From NCBI RefSeq assembly GCF_006345805.1, contig NW_021832214.1, positions 1 to 62,862 of the forward strand: a stretch of 62,862 bases of DNA. Direction: 5' to 3'. Source of the stretch: Octopus sinensis. Lineage: Eukaryota. Made by a program: the position numbers and the translations under genes. The notes beneath the pieces are model-generated. The model saw nothing but the letters and a program-made list of their open reading frames with translations. It ran no database searches and was not told the DNA's origin. Of the stretch, positions 61,399-62,862 are shown piece by piece; position 1 is the first letter of the stretch; every line of letters begins with the position of its first letter.

Positions 61399-62055
61399 AA
61401 TACGTGTATAGTTCTTACACATATTTAGGCACGCCAAAACGAAGACTTTTGAAATATAACCCCAAATGTAATTGGTAGAACTATATGCATTTTCAATCAC
61501 ATGCGGACGTCTCGAGTATAGTTCTGCATATTATATTTTGCTATGACGATCACACTGATGGATTGCGGATATTTACGTAAGTATTACGTATGTGGTAACA
61601 ATGAAATAAAGTTTGTGATTAATCTTTATATTTTGTATCTTTTCATTTGTCTTGCTCGCTTACGTTCTGGCGTTTGCTGAATTTTCTTGAGAATAATCTT
61701 TTCTTGGTAGTCAGACCATATGGGGCCTATTTCTGGCATAATGGATGTCCACTTAGTGGTCATCCTTCTTATATGTATGTAATATATATATGTATAGTTC
61801 AAATTTACGGAAAAAATGAAGACAGATAAAGGAATGACAAGTAGGTGTATTATTTTGCATTATTCCAAGGGATGATAGGTTCAAAGGTTCCATATCTGGT
61901 CACTTAGAGTAAAGATCTCAAAGATAAGCCTGAGAGTGAATAATCATTTATTCCATAATCGTCCGTCAAAATATATTTTCTCGGCTAAAATATTTGGGAT
62001 TAAATCTTTATGTGTGTGTTTGTGTGTGTGTGTGTGTGTGAGTGTATGATATGTG

Positions 62056-62092
<37 letters not shown>

Positions 62093-62093
62093 T

Positions 62094-62292
62094 AAAGGTA
62101 ATCCAAACAAGAAAGCGCAAAAAAACACAACAACGCGAGGACGTGGAACAAATATTGTATTATTGGACGCTCAGGAAAGAAGGAGGGTTTAACGTTACGA
62201 GCGGAATTTTCGTCGGAAACATAGGAGAAGGAAAGATCCAGAGAAGGGGAGACAAAGGAAAAAAAATCGCCAACGGTACACACGCGGTCACA
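62094..62292 (-). mobile_element. Second copy of the ~200-bp PLE-like repeat, HHR degraded (62187-62220)
   Basis: Highly similar to 60961-61158; flanked by TA tracts. Confidence 0.75.
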
Positions 62293-62314
62293 TTTTGAAT
62301 ATATATATATATAT

Positions 62315-62367
<53 letters not shown>

Positions 62368-62440
62368 TGCCATGTATATGTTTCTAGGTATGCATGTATG
62401 TATGTATGTATGTATGTATGTATGTATGTATGTATGTATG

Positions 62441-62512
<72 letters not shown>

Positions 62513-62694
62513 GTTTGTCTGTCTGTCTCATATTTCTATATATAATATAGATGCCCGTATACAATTTGAAATGGAATATATGGGTAGATGGATAGGCAAC
62601 TAGAGAGATGAGCAGATAAAGAGCGATACAGATAGACAGATATATTTTCACACCCACACATATACACACATTTTATAAGTATTTATGAATATGC

Positions 62695-62727
<33 letters not shown>

Positions 62728-62862
62728 TATATATACATACATCATTGTCGTTATGTAGACGTGTTTTATATATATGTATGCATGTACGTGCGTATTTAGG
62801 CATATTTATATGTATCTATCGACATTCAACGAACGGGTGGGGACACAGGCGCCTTATCTCTA

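Overview
AT-rich, microsatellite-dense eukaryotic DNA with no recognisable intact host gene. The SINE families and repeat landscape resemble an octopus (coleoid cephalopod) genome; this is an inference. Most of the window is transposon-derived: dozens of tRNA-derived SINEs with mix-and-match heads and tails, two 5'-truncated Dong/R4-type LINEs in (TAA)n, a Tx1-like LINE 3' end, a Penelope-like element (PLE) fragment, a decayed near-full-length mariner, other DNA-transposon remnants, three non-autonomous Helitrons and fold-back MITEs. The most striking signal is an unusual density of hammerhead-ribozyme (HHR) folds, read by hand from the sequence. The main example is a non-coding ~600-bp tandem array (15164-16820, plus an inverted partial copy to 17087). 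Each unit carries a type-I HHR with a ~78-nt stem-II insertion, which makes it a candidate retrozyme-like, circRNA-producing element. Other HHR folds occur in a palindrome (one on each strand), at the end of the PLE ORF, and as variant-core minimal motifs. A few splice-site-bounded candidate exons are reported at low confidence. Repeat boundaries are approximate (about +/-10-20 bp unless TSDs are given), and no database search or folding program was run.
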